A DNA stretch of 64,000 bases from Sphyrna mokarran (taxonomy: Eukaryota): positions 186,001 to 250,000 of the forward strand of contig JAGIQG010000048.1 of the NCBI GenBank assembly GCA_024679065.1, read 5' to 3'. The notes beneath the pieces were generated by a model. That model ran no database searches. It was given only the letters and a program-made list of their open reading frames with translations, and was not told the DNA's origin. Positions within the stretch are counted from its first letter, which is position 1; each line of letters starts with the position of its first letter. Shown in pieces: positions 47,579 through 61,486 of the stretch. A program made the translations under genes and the position numbers.

Positions 47579-50048
47579 CTGTACCAGTCTAATCACAAGA
47601 TAGTGAAGCAGGTTTGAGGAGAGATTTGGGGGAAATTTTATTTCCCTCTTTCCCCAGAAAGCAAACAATTAGTAAAGCAACTGCATTAATCTCTCTGTCA
47701 GTAATATTCACAGGGAAAATGTACTTGCATTCATATTCCTCTTCCCACCAGTAAATATGTCGATTGCCAACTAATTATTTTATAAGCTTACCTTGTATTG
47801 TTTGAAAGATTTCTCTATTTTCTCATCCAGATTTATTAAATAATTGTTCAGTATAATGGGACACAAATCTCGTTTACGCTGAATTTTCCATTTTTTTTTA
47901 AACTCACATCTTTTTCCTCAGTCCCTTCAGAAATCCAGCTGAACCCAGTCTCTCTGTTATGTTCTCTGTACATTTAAATACAGCTCCTTCTTATAATTTG
48001 TGACTTCAGCGCATTTCCAGCCCCTAACTCACTCTGATCTATAAAACACACACTGCAAATTGCTTGACCTGGACCGTTTGATGGGCAACACGACAGCTCA
48101 GTGACTATCGCTGTGCTGTGCAGATACATGGATTTGGGCCCTGTGTCTGTGGGAGTTTGCACATTCTCCCCGTGCTTGTGTGGGTTTTCTCCGGGTGCTC
48201 CGGTTTCCTCCCACATCCCAAAGATGTGCTCTTAGGCTAATTGGCAAAACAAATTCTCCCTAAATTGTCTCAAATTTGGTTTTTAATCCATAGATCTATA
48301 AACATAGACAGGGATCACGGGTAGAGGTGGGAACATCGGGGTGGCAGCGTGGGCTCGTTGGGCTGAAGGGCCTGTTTCCCTGTTCTTTGTAATCAGTTCA
48401 TGACTGATCTCTCCCAGGTCTCAAATCCATCTCCCCACCTGTTCCAATATCACCTCATCCCTCTTACTCTCAGGAATATATACTTCTCCTTCTTCAAAAA
48501 TCATTTAATGATTGAAACTCCACAGCGCTATGGGGCAATGCATTCTACAAATTCACCATCCTCTGTGAGAAGCAGAGATGCTCCTCACCTCTGATTTAAA
48601 TCTACCATCTCCTCAAGCTATACATTTGATATGCAACTCTTGATTGTGCATACGAAAAAATTGTCTACATTTTCACTTTTCAATTTTGTTTACTGCAATC
48701 ACTTCCAGCATCTTGTGGGAATATTCCTCCTCGCTGTTGATGGGCTGAATATCCTCCTTCTGGACTGTAGGAATTCTATGAGCTGAGGCGGAATTCCTTC
48801 ACGTGGGGGTGGGGGGGAGGAGGGGGTGGTGCTGAATCTGTGGAACTCATCGCCGCAGAGACCTGTGGGGGAGTCAGGTCACTGGGTGTCTTTCAGACAG
48901 AGTTAAATAGGTTCTTGGTCAAGAAAGTGATCTTGGGTTATGTAGAGAGGGCAGGAAAATAGGAATGAGAAACCCATCACGATTGAATGGTGGAGTGTAA
49001 TTGATTTTAAACTAATATGAGGCGGGAATGATCGGTATGGAAATTGATAATTGATTAGTTTTTGACTATAATTGATTAGTTTTTGATTGTAGATGTTAGA
49101 TTGTAGATGTTAGATGTTATGACTGCCTTGGAAGTATTCAATCGGAGGATATATTGAGAAATTCTGTTAACCCACGCTGCAGCGACACTGCTGGTGTTTT
49201 ACTGGGGCAGTGTGAAGGAAATTATCTTCTGCCGCACACTCTCCTGCATCGGCCTCTGAGGAAGCAGAGCCTTTTGCTGTTTAGAATTACCTGAAACTCT
49301 GTCAGTGACAGACCAGTTTATGAGTGAAATGACTGAGGTTCTCCTCATTCTTAATTCATTCCGTCCCTGGATTTTCTTATTAAAAAGGCAGAGATGAAGG
49401 TGCCTTTACACAGATGGGTCACTGGACGGCGCAGTGGCTAAAGGGTTTTGAGTTCAATCACATCCCACACATAACTGGGGGGAATATTCCTGTCTGGGAA
49501 AGGGGGCGAAAACCATATAATAGGGAAATGGAACGGAGTGGATGGGTTTAGCACAACGGAATTAAGGCAAACCAGGGATAGTTAAATTTTTATTCAAAAT
49601 TTATTTAAAAATTCAGAGAATATTTTACAGCGAAAGTATTTTTTTTAAAGTTAGAAAAGTGAACAGAGCGATCGAGCTTCACACTAAGAACAGAACACGT
49701 CCAGGGAATCCGTCAATATTGTACATCTGTTACATACACCAGAAAGAGAAAACAGGACCGTAATAGAAAGAGGAATTAACAAACATGAATAAGGAATGAG
49801 AAAAGTTTCTTATTTATACATGATCTTTAAACTAGAGGGAAACTATTAACCACAATTACATTATAACAAAAAAAACTGGTATATTTCACATTGAAAACTG
49901 AAATAAGGTCTATGATTGCCTCCGATTCAGAATGATAAACTGAGAGAATTTTACTGATAGATTCACCAAGAGCAGATATTGTATATGAGCCATACAGAGG
50001 TGTTGATCATCAGCTGAGGGAAATCTGCAGTTTCCAAAATTCAACCCA

Positions 50049-50057
50049 TCATTTGAT
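50049..50057 (-). CDS. IGHM: IgM TM2 exon coding part, copy 2
   Basis: Mirror of 34880-34888. Confidence 0.88.
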   Translation of the reverse strand: MK

Positions 50058-50197
50058 CTGTAAAATAAAGAGACAATAATGAAGCAGATGTTTGTGATGC
50101 GGGACATTAATGTTACAGTTTTTAATTAGTGAAACATTGAGAGATCTGTCAAATCCGTTCTGCCAGTTTGAAATGTGAGTGAACTGAACCATCTCAC

Positions 50198-50325
50198 CTT
50201 CACCAGAGTGACTGCGGTGCTGTAGAAAATGCTCAGGAAGAACAGGACAATGAATGTGGAAGCGGTTGTCCAGATGTTGCTGTTATCGTCCTCGTTGTCT
50301 TCAATCCAGGTGCGGTCGGTGGGGT
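50198..50325 (-). CDS. IGHM: IgM TM1 exon, copy 2
   Basis: 128 bp, identical to copy 1, splice sites intact. Confidence 0.95.
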
Positions 50326-53300
50326 CTAGGGGACGGAGACCAGAAATTGAAATTAGATTACTTTATTTATCCCGGGAATGTTATTGTTATTTTTCTGTTC
50401 CCTGTTCTCCTTCATAAACCGTTCATTCGGTCTCTTGTATAGTTTTCAATGTATGTTTACCATTATGTTCAGGACACTGAGTAACCGATCTCTGTAAATA
50501 TTTTCATGCCTGATCCTTATGTACATTCCTTGGACTGTTTGTGTCAGGAAGCACTGAAGATGTTCCCTTGAGAATCAGTTCATTTTGAACTATTTGCCAG
50601 TATCCCTTATTGAAGAATGTTATGATTGATATGGAGAAACTGATGATTGTTCTCACAGATGGTGTCAGATCTGTAACTGTGAATGCTGCTGTTTAAGAGT
50701 TGGGATATAATTTCCGATCTTTGTTTATTTACGGTGGGTTTGTTTAGTAAATCATGAGCTCAATTCAGTTTCTCAACGTGTTTGGCGGTGCGTTGTGCAT
50801 CAGGATAGTTGTGGGTGGATATGACCATTAAAATTCACATTTAAATGTTACTTTCATCATTTGCCTGCCGCTTGTATTTAAGATTGTTTGTTTGTGTGTG
50901 TGTGTGTGTGTGTGAGAACACTTTGTGAGCTACATTAATCTTTGGTCCTGAGTTAAATGTGTGTGTGAGTGTTAATGAAATTGTTCATTTGCCTGTGTTT
51001 GTTGATTTGTGTAGTTGCTGTTTTTGGTTGTATGTTTTGTTCTCCAGATATTGTGGATAAATGATTATTACTGTGTGAAGTCTCTGTGCATTTATTAACG
51101 TCTCTCTTAATGTGTGCACGTGTCTCTGCCTTTTTCAATGTGTTAATTTCTGTCAGTCGAGTAACGTTTCCGTCCCTTTCTGTGTGTTTGTTCCTTCGTG
51201 TATCTGTTAACATGTTACTGCATGTATAGCCATGTTGTTAGTTATTTATAGCGATGTGTCAGTGTATGTATATGTTTCCATGTGTAGTATTGTGTGCTGT
51301 GGTGTTCTGTATGAGCATGTGAATGTTTGCATCCACGTGTTTGCGTTTGTTCATCTATATGCTCTCTGTTCATCTATTTGCAGTGTGTTAATATTGTTAT
51401 CTGTATCTCCCCGTATAAGTGATAATATGTATAACATTGTGGGTCTCTATTCATATCATTTCATTTCAGCGTGAACGTGTGAGAATATGTATTTGTTTGA
51501 GTGCATGCATGTGTTTGTATGTTTTGGATCTGCATCAATGTTATCTGTTCGTATAGCACGTGTGCATACATGTGTTTGCGTTCAGGTCTGTGTACCCCGT
51601 CACATATGTTCAGGTGTGTGTGTACTTGTGTGTTTGTATGTGTTTCTGCATGTGTTTGTACATATTTGATAATTTGTGTGCATTTTTTTGTGCTTTCTTG
51701 TACAAGTACCTGTCTAAAATGTGTAGAGTATAGGGCTAATGGTAGGACTCTTAATAGTGTTGATGAACAGAGGGATCTTGGTGTATATGTGCATAGATCC
51801 CTGAAAGTTGGCAATCAAGTCTATAAGGTTGTTAAGAAGGCATATGGAGTCTTAGCTTTTATTGGTAGGGGATTGAATTTCGGAGCCGCAACGTCATGTT
51901 GCAACTGTACCAAACTCTAGTGCGGCCGCACTTGGAGTATTGTGTGCAGTTCTGGTCCCCACATTATAAGAAAGATGTGGAGGCATTGGAGAGGTTACAG
52001 AGGAGGTTTACCAGGATGTTGCCAGGTATGGAGGGCAGGTCTTATGAGGAGAGGCTGAAGGATTTGAGTTTGTTTTCGTTAGAAAGAAGGCAGCTAAGAG
52101 GAGACCTTATCGAAACACATAAGATGATTAGAGGTTTAGATAGGGTGGACAGTGATAGCCTTTTTCCTAGATGGAGAAAGCTAGCACGAGGGGACATAGC
52201 TTTAAATTAAGGGGTGGTGGTTGTAGGACGGATGTCAGAGGTAGGTTCTTTACCCAGAGGGTGGTAAGGGTATGGAATGCCCTGCCTGCTGCAGTTGTAG
52301 ATGCGCCAAGTTTGGTGCGTTTAAGAGGTTAGTAGATAAGTTTATGGATGAAAAGGGAATGGTTTAGGTTAGAGGGTCACTGCTTTTTTCTAATTGGTTG
52401 GAGCAACATCGAAGGGCGAACAGCCTCTTCTGCGCTGTAATGTTCTATCTGTGTGGGTGTATGCCTGTGTGTTCTGTATATGTGTGGGTGTGTGTACATG
52501 GTGCGTGTGGGACAGAGAGAGACCGAGAGCGAGAGAAAGAGAGAGTATTTGTGTATGGATGTATTTTTGTTTGTAGATGTGGTCCATTAGTGTATTTGTG
52601 GTACCGTGAGTGTTTGTACAGAAATTGTGTGTACTTATGGTCCGTGAATGTGCATTTGTATTTATGAATTTATCTGTGCTTTTTGCGTACGTATTCGTGT
52701 GTGTTGTGTATTTGTGTAAATGTGTCTGTATTTGAATGTGCCTGTCCATATTTCTGTGTGTGAGGCTATGTGTATGGGTTTGTGTGTATATTTATGTCCT
52801 ATATTTGTGTGCATGTGTATTTGTGTGTATATTTGCGCAATTGTGTCCATGTGTCTGTATGTGTGTGTGTGTCAGTGTGAGTATGCGTGTGTCTGTATGC
52901 GAGTGTGTTTGTGAGTGTGTCAGCACGCCCATGTGTGTATTTATAATTCTGACAGTTTTCTGCAGCATTAGCAGTGTGTGTATTTTTTAAACTGTTGCAC
53001 CAAGTTTTACCAACAATCGTTAAATGAATGTGATCCAGAGAACCTGAATAATGGAGCATATTTTCAGAGTTGTGCTGTATAAATGTACTTTATAATGTAC
53101 TGTATAAATGTACTGTGTGAGGGTGTTGTCAGGAGAGTGAATGAAATAATTCATTGATGGATGTCAGGGACAGAACAGTGAAAACCGGGGAGGATTCTAT
53201 TACCTGTTTAAATTTGTATTACGGGAAAATCAATGCCAGCACATGATTAGCAGGAACAGTGTTGAAATAGTTTTGAATTATGTTGCATATGTATGTATTA

Positions 53301-54013
53301 CAATGGTTAAGATAATGATACTTCAACATCTGTAAGAAATTAACGAATTTGTACTGTTGGCAACTGGGTCCTTGTAGCAGACAGCCGTTCCCTTCCAAAC
53401 ACGGGAGAGAGAGCTCAGAGTTTACTTCTCTCTGATGGTTCTAACCATTGAGGAGGTGGAGGGAGAGTGAATTAAATAATGACATTCCCCCTCTTTTCAT
53501 TGAGGAAGTTGTGGTGCATGGGTTAGCTGCTGCTCCTCCCCTCTCTTTGCTGGGTTAGTGGGAATCTAGGATGTTAACAATTTCACTCTCCCTCAATCCG
53601 ATGGGGAGGGTGATGATTTCTCCATGTCTTTGTGTGTGACCCTCACTTCAGTTCCCAGTGGGTTTGGTGCAGCAGTTTAAAGCTGACATCTAAATTAAAG
53701 ACACGGACAATGAGAGAAGCAGGGACACACAGAGGTCAAAATGTGTTTGTCAGAAGTGTTGAAATTATCTTTTCCTCAGCTGGAGGAAAGTCAGTGAAGA
53801 TATTTTGCAATGAACGTGCTCTACTCTAACCCTAACCCGTTGGGAGCCCTGGTTCAGCAATTTTAGGTCCAAGACCTGAGAATATTTGACTCAAATCAAA
53901 GATACTTAATGGAACTGAAAAAAAACCAATTAAACAATTGGGTATTTCATTTCTCGTTAGAGGAAAATGTTTTTATTATTTTTATTGAAGTTTTTAATGG
54001 AAGTGAGTGATTC

Positions 54014-54405
54014 TCATTGACAGGAATTAACAGTGTCCATCAGTGCAAGAGAAATGTTCACAAACCTGGGTTTACCGCTGGATTTGTCAACTGTTCTGTT
54101 GATGATCTTCAAGGGGATGGCTTCATGTCCCACCACACAGGAGTAAGAAGCGCCGCTGGACCATTCCTCTGCTGCGATGGATAACAGGCTGTACATGAAG
54201 AAGGAGTTATTGCCGTTCTCCTCCACCACCTCGGTGTTCCTGTAGTTCCCGGGATTCACCGGCTTGTCGTTGACGGTCCACTTGACGAAGATCTCTCGGG
54301 GGGAGAAACGTCTCACTAAGCAGCTGAGGGAGACGAATCTGTGAGCGGAGACTTCTTCTGCCGAGGGCAGGAGGACAGAGACCAACGGTTCCCGTGGGTT
54401 TGGAT
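54014..54405 (-). CDS. IGHM: IgM CH4 plus secretory tail, copy 2
   Basis: 392 bp open exon; FVSLSCLV...; tail [20 protein letters not shown]. Confidence 0.96.
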
Positions 54406-55454
54406 CTGCAGAAAATGTACAATGTCAATAAATTGGAGAATTCTGGAGACAATGAATGCTGGTTAGATATCAGGAAAACGTGCTTGGCTGTTGATTTTAA
54501 CTATTTCCATTTTTGAATTCCAGCTTGGAGGAGAGGTGAGCACAATTGTTTTCTCAAATAACCCAGAGGGGGGGCGGATTGGAAAGTTTACAGCCCAGAA
54601 TCAGGCCACTCAGCCCAACTGGTCCACATTTTAGTTTTTGGTTTTTATGCTCCACATCAGGCTCCTCACTTCTTTTGCGATCTAAACCCAATAACATCGC
54701 CTTCAGTTCACTTTTTCATTCATCAAACTTCCCTGTAAAAATATCCATCGGCCCAGTTGGGGGCGAGACCATTCATGCACTGAATATTAACTATTGACCA
54801 GCAAACTTCCACTGGAGATAGACACAGTGATGCAATTACATAGAAACATAGACCAGGACAGCATAGCACAGGCCCTTCGGCCCCTCGATGTTGTACCGAG
54901 CTATGTCCAAACTTAAGATCAAGCTATCCCACTCCCTATCATTCCGGTGTGCTCCATGTGTCTATCCGATAACCGCTTGAAAGTTCCTAAAGTGTCCGAC
55001 TCCATTATCACAGCAGGCAGTGCATTCCACACCCCAACCACTGAGTGAAGAATCTCCCTCGGACATCCCTCCGATATCTCCCACCATGAACCTAATAATT
55101 CATGCCCCCTAGTAACAGCTACATCCACCCGGGGAAATAGTCTCTGCACATCCACTCTATCAATCCCCCTCATCATCCTATAAACCTCTATCTGGTCACC
55201 AGTGACCAGAACTGAACATAATATTCCAAATGTGGTCTCACCAAGGTCTGGTACAGTTGTAGCAAAACCCCATGGCTCTGAAACTCAAACCCCCTGTTAA
55301 TAAACACTAACATTAGAAGCTTCTTCACGGCTCTATCCGCTTGAGTGGCAACCTTCAGAGATCTGTGGGTATGAACCCCAAGATCTCTGTTCCTCCACAT
55401 TCCTCAGAACGCTGCCATTGACCCTACATTATTGTCTCAAATCTCTCAGCTCAC

Positions 55455-55763
55455 CTGTTTCCTTGCGGATAGATGTTCTCAAAGGAGTCGGCAGGTCCTG
55501 ATGGCTCACCACGCACTCAAACACAACCGCGCTCAGCCAGGCTTGTGTCGAGGTGTTTAATTTGCTGATCACACTGTCAGGATTCGTTCCTGGCATTTCG
55601 GCAATCTCTGATTTCACATACTTCCCCTCTTGGATCCAGGACACGTTAACTCCATAAGGAGCATTGGAAATGATGCAGGTTAAAGTCACGGTCGCCTCCA
55701 GTAAGACCTGCTCTACTTGGGGTGGCTGGATCTTCACTGTGGAATCAGGGCACAGATCAGGAC
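55455..55763 (-). CDS. IGHM: IgM CH3 exon, copy 2
   Basis: 309 bp open exon, splice sites intact. Confidence 0.95.
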
Positions 55764-57162
55764 CTGTGAATGAGAAATGAAAATGAACCCCAGTTCCCTC
55801 TTCAGAAGCAGGACAGTAATCTTCATCCTGAAGGAGAAAGTTGACCAGGCTGATACCGGAGATGAAGGGGGGGGTTAGCCTATGGGGAGAGATTGAATAG
55901 ACTGGGCCTGTACTTGTTAGAGTTCAGAAGGTTGAGGGGGGGGAATCTTATAGAGACATAAGATAATGAAGGGGATGGATAGGGCAGAGGGAGAGAGATT
56001 CTTCCTACTTAGAAAGGAAACCAGAACCAGAGGGGGCACAGCTTCAAAATAAGGAGGGGCCGCTGTTTAGAACAGAGTTGAGGAGGAACTTCTTCACTCA
56101 AAGGATGGTGAATCTTTGGAATTCTCATTGAAGTGGTGGAGGCTCCCTCGCTGAATGTATTTAACTCACGGGTAGATGGGGTTCTGATAGACAAGGGCAT
56201 TGAGGGTTCTGGGGAGAAAGTGGAACTGATCCACTTCAGTTCAGCCATGATCTTATTGAATGGTGGGGCAGGCCCGAAGGAGCAGGAGTCGGCCGTCCAG
56301 CCCTATTTCTTATGTTCTTACGAGGCGAGATTGCCTTCAATTTATCGATCTCTAACTATCGCCTTTCAACTTCCATGGCGAATGGAAAACCAGCTTGCTC
56401 TATGAAATGATTCCCTGTATTAAATATTGTAGCAGCGGTACCATTTCCATGAATCAGCATTGCAGAATTCCCAAACAAATACACCATCCTGAACTCAGGG
56501 GAAAAACACCGACCATTGGTTTATAAACAGGGTGGTAAAATATTGGATAAACTTTCCAATATTTTACCCCTGTGCTCTGAGCTGTGAAACAGTCTGACCC
56601 CTACTGTCTCTCCAAACCTTACCAGCTGTCTCAGGAGAAGCTGACATCAAGGCCACCTCACTCACTATATTAGTTCAAACCGGAAGGGGGCTCTCTTTCA
56701 AGGGGAGGCAGTGATATATGGCGTTGTCAATGAACTTGTAACCTTGGGCAAGACTTTGGGGGCACAGATTCAAATCTCATCAGTGCAAATGTGAAATTTG
56801 AATTTTATAAACATCTATAATTCAAAATGGAAATGGTTATCGTGAAGCCATTGCTGTCAAACCCCTCCAAGTTCACAAATGCTCCTTAGCAAAATAAACC
56901 TGCTGTTTTTATCTGGCCTGTCATGCATGTGACTCCAGATTCACAGCAACCTGGTTGACATTTAAGTACCCCCGGGTTTGGGGAGTAAATGCACATCTCA
57001 TGAAGGAATAACAAGGAATTGTTTTCCTAATTAAACTCTGAAGGAGGCATTGTCCTAATGCAGCAAACGGCATGAAGTTGTTCTACGTGTTGTATCGACT
57101 TTAATAGATCCCTAATTCCAATTAACATCGGAATGATAAATTTTGTCCTCTGAGTCTCTTAC

Positions 57163-57477
57163 CCTGAGATGCGCTGATGTTCTGACTCTGGGTGACTCCG
57201 TCATGAGTGACCTGGCAGGTATAGACCGCTTTGCTGTACCATTCCCCAGCGAAGACTGTCAACCGACTGCTGGCCGAGAAGTTCCCGTTCACTTCACAGG
57301 GGGCAACAGTGACAATTCCTGAATCCACACGTTGTCCATTCTTCAGCCACTTCACCGTCATTGATCCTGGCTGGAAATCGAAGATTGAACAGACCATGGT
57401 TGCTAATTTGCTGCTTGAGATTTGTTCACTGGAACTCACGGTGAGGATAATGGTTGGAGGGATATGAAGCGGAGGGC
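57163..57477 (-). CDS. IGHM: IgM CH2 exon, copy 2
   Basis: 315 bp; starts (C)[10 protein letters not shown]; acceptor TTCCTGAG|. Confidence 0.95.
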
Positions 57478-57688
57478 CTCAGGAAAAACAAAACATATTA
57501 GTCATTTCCTGCAGAAGATGTGGATCAATTCAACTTTTGTCTATATTACTAACGCATTTGCAGTCAATAGACACTAACCGGACCAATCCAGAGGGCCCGA
57601 TTATGCACATCTATTTAAATGAGTTATAACCAAAGCCCAACATGTTAACCACAGTGTTTCTCTTTTACACAAGCTGCACAACACTTAC

Positions 57689-57988
57689 ATGGAATTGGAA
57701 CGGTCTTGGAAAAGTCAAGATGTCGAACCTCACAGCCAATATTGGGGCATTTTCCCGATGAGTCGCTGATGGTGAACTGGCTGCTCAGGGTGTAGGTTCC
57801 CTTAGTGTTTCTCACTGATGGGAAAGTCTTAAACCCAGAGCTGATGGTCTGCCCATCTTTCTTCCAGGTCTGTTTGGAGACATCTGGATTGTAATCCATC
57901 GCCAAACAGCCGTAGGTGATGGAGCTGTCGGAGCTCTGTTGCCCACAGGAGGAGATCAGGCCGTAGACAGTGGGTGAAGATGGTGTCG
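57689..57988 (-). CDS. IGHM: IgM CH1 exon, copy 2
   Basis: 300 bp (3 nt longer than copy 1, in frame), splice sites intact. Confidence 0.95.
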
Positions 57989-60900
57989 CTAGGAAAAAAA
58001 AATAGCCAATTGAACAAGTTAGACTCTTATTTGTGTTTATTCAGTCAACAAACTTGTTACAAGTAGGTTTCTATAGTAGATATAGCTCTTGGTGAGAAAG
58101 GGATGAAGGGATATGGGAAATAGGCATGATCAGGATATTGATGAGCTCTGTGAATGGCAGCGTAAGCTCAAAGTGCCGAATGGCCTACTCCTGCTTCTAT
58201 CTTGAACGTTGATTGGAATTAGAGGGCCGAAGGGCCTGTACTGCACTGCAATGTTCTATGTTCCATTCTGAACTTATCCCAACATTTCTCCATTGAAACT
58301 TCCATCCACCTTTGAGATTATGTTACTTCTTTCATTTGGGAATCGTCATCTCTGTAGGAACTCAAATCCCTGTCTCCGCCTCCATCAAATTCAGAAGGAA
58401 ATAAACATTCTAATAGTCTCTAAATGACGTCTCATTCATTGGATTAATAGAGAACAGGAAAGATTCTCTCTATTATTTGTAACCATTTGTTTCTCAAACA
58501 ACAGCACTTTGTGATGAAGAAGTTCTCTTCATTCAGATCATCCACTCACCTGATGAAGGAGCTCCAAAAGCTCGTGATTCCAAATAAACTTTAACCCGGT
58601 GTTGGGAGATTCCTTACTGTGTCCCCACCAACCTATCACCGGCATCTCCACACTAGTTTTGGAAATTGCCTGTGTTCAAACTGATTGATGTCCCTCCCTC
58701 TCTCCAACTCACTGCCTCTCACTCCACAGAAAGATTAGTGACTTTGCTTCAAAAATACCTTTGGAATGAATACTTACTGAATGATCAGGAAATTCTAAAC
58801 ACGATTAGAGATTCAAATAAATGCAACATTGAAGGATCACACATTAATAGCAAGAGTTGGCCATTCAGGCCCTGAAGCCTCCTCCATCATTCACTGAGAT
58901 TACACATGAGCTGATTGTGGTATTTGCTCTATTTTGAAACCCCCCCCACTCCGCCCATCCATCACCCGCTCTCTGCCCATTTTCCCCGGCTCTCTGCCTC
59001 TCGTGGTGCCTCTTTTTTCCTCCCATCCGGCTTTCTTTACTTCCACCTGGTTCTCTACACTTCCCTACTGCCCTGTGCCCTCTCCCCCGGCTCTCTGCCA
59101 TTTCCCTCAGTCCCCTATGCTTTCCCTCAGCTCTCTGTCCTTGCTCCTGACCCTCTTTCTCCATTCCCCCCCACAACTCTGACCTTCTCCCCCTGACTCT
59201 CCTGCCCTTTCCCTCAGCTCTCTGGCTTTTCTTCTGCCTCCCTGCCCCTTTATCGTGCCCCCATTTTTCCCCCTTGTTCTCTCCCCTTTCCCTGGTCTCT
59301 CTACTCTTTCCCCTTACTCTCTGCCCTTTCCTCCAGCTGTGTGGCCTTTCCCCCGGCTCTCTGTTCCCCTTCCCCTCAGCCCCTGTCCTTGCCTGGCTCT
59401 TTGCCATTACCCCCTGGCCCCCGAGCTCCCAGCGATTCCCTCCAGCTGTCTACTCTCCCAGGGCAGTGTAGTTTGAGTGAGGATGAGTGATTGAGGATGA
59501 GTAAGTGTGGGTGAGGGAGAGAGTGTGAGTGTAAATGAGGGTGTTGAGAGAGTGTGGGTGAGTGGAGGTGGCTGGATGTGTGAGTGAAGGTGGGTGAGAG
59601 AGAGTTGGTGAGCAAGAATGAATGAATGAGGGAGGGAGGGAGGTTAGTGGAGGAGGCTGAGTGAATGAGGCTGAGGGAATGAACGTGACTGACTAAGTGA
59701 GGGATGAGTCAGGATATGTTACTGAGGGTGGGGTGTGAGTGTGTAAAGTGGAGTGTGGGAGAGTGAGTGAAATTTTTGAGTGAGGATGAGTGATTGAGGA
59801 TCTTGAGTTAGGATGCATGATGTTACATAGAACACTACAGCACAAACAGGCCCTTCAGCCCACAAGTTGTGCTGATCACATCTATACCTACCAGGCCATA
59901 GAACTATCTAACTCCCAATCCCATTAAATCCCATGTACTCATCCAGAAGTCTCTTAAAAGACCCCAGCGAGTTCGCCTCTACCACCACTGACGGCAGCCG
60001 ATTCCATTCACTCACCGCCCTCCGTGTGAAAAACTTACCCCTAACATCTCCTCTGTACTTGCCCCCCAGCACCTTAAACCTGTGTCCTCTCGTAGTGACC
60101 ATTTCAGCCCTGGCAAATAGCCTCTGAGAATCCACTCTATCTATTCCTCTCAACATGTTATAAACCTCTATCAGGTCGCCTCTCAACCTTTGTCTCTCCA
60201 GGGAGAAGAGACCCAGCTCCCTCAACCTAAGGCATGCCCCCCAATCCAGGAACATCCTTGTAAATCTAATATAGGATGGAATGTCCCATTGATGAAGCGA
60301 TAGAAGATTGTTGGTCCCAGAACAGTCCCCGGCCAAACTCCTGCAGTGATATCTCAGCTGAGATGTTTGACCTCCAACAACCATTACCATCTTGCTTTGT
60401 GCTAAGAATGACTCCAAACAGAAGAATTTCCCGCTGGAACTTATCTACTTGAATATTAATCAGGCTCCTCGATCCCACTTCATTCAAATGTTACGGGAGG
60501 GGGTGGGGAGGCACAGCACTGCTGCTTCACAGTTCAAATCCTGACTTGGGTCACCGTCTGTGTGGAGTTTGCAAGTTCACCCTGTGTCTGTTTGGGTTTC
60601 CTCCGGGTGCTCCTGTTTCCTCCCACAGTGCGGGGTTTAGTTGATTGACCGCGTTAAGTTGCCCCTTGGTGTCAGAGGGAATTGTAAATACTTTACGTTA
60701 CGGGGATAGGGCTTCGGTGGGATTGCTGTTGGTGCAGAATCGATGGGCTGAATGGCCCCCTTCTGCTCTAGGATCCTATGATTCTATTCTATGTTATCAA
60801 AAACTGTCACTGACGTATGTGAGATGGAAAGTGTGAGAGAGGGTGTGTGGGTGTAAGTGTGTGAGAGAGAGATAATGTGCGTGTTATAGTGCCTGTGTGT

Positions 60901-61281
60901 GATAGACCATATTGGCACACGTGAGACAGTGGGCTGTGTGTGCAAGAGGGGAGAGTGTACATGAGAGCAAGTGTGTGAGAGATGATAATGTGTGTGAGAA
61001 TTAATATGTGTTTGAACAGTTGTTTATGTCAGGGTGTCCCTTCTTGAAAGTGTGTGTGTGAGAGAGTGTGTGTGTAGAGGTGGGGAGAGTGTGCATGTGT
61101 GTGTGAGGAGGTGGGGAGAGTGTGCACGGTGGGGGGTTTGAGAGAGACAGTTCTTCAGTGTGTGATTGAGTGTGTGTTAATGTGAAATGAAATGTGTCTA
61201 TAGGAGATAAAGTCTGTCTGTGAAACAGAGTGTGTGTGCTTGAGAGGAAGGGTATGTGTGTGTTGAAGAGACTGTTGTGTG

Positions 61282-61486
61282 CATGAGAACTCAGTAAGAA
61301 TTTAGCAACACCAATTATTAATCCAACTGATTTATTTTATAGTAAATCCGCGAGCTTTCAACACTCTTGTGTTTGCGGATTTACTATCAAATAAATCGGT
61401 TGGATTAAAAATTGGTGTTGCTAAATTCTTACTGAGTTCTTACCACCCCAATCCAACGCCGGCATCTTTACATCGTGTTCATGAGA
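61282..61486. mobile_element. Fold-back Penelope-like element present only in the right arm
   Basis: Same family as 15082-15387; flanked by CATGAGA repeats (61282-61288, 61480-61486); empty site at ~23945 in the left arm. Confidence 0.85.

Noticed and set aside
58865-59407. 180-aa Gly/Arg/Glu-rich ORF
   Set aside because: Product of the purine-rich tract; not preserved in the left arm
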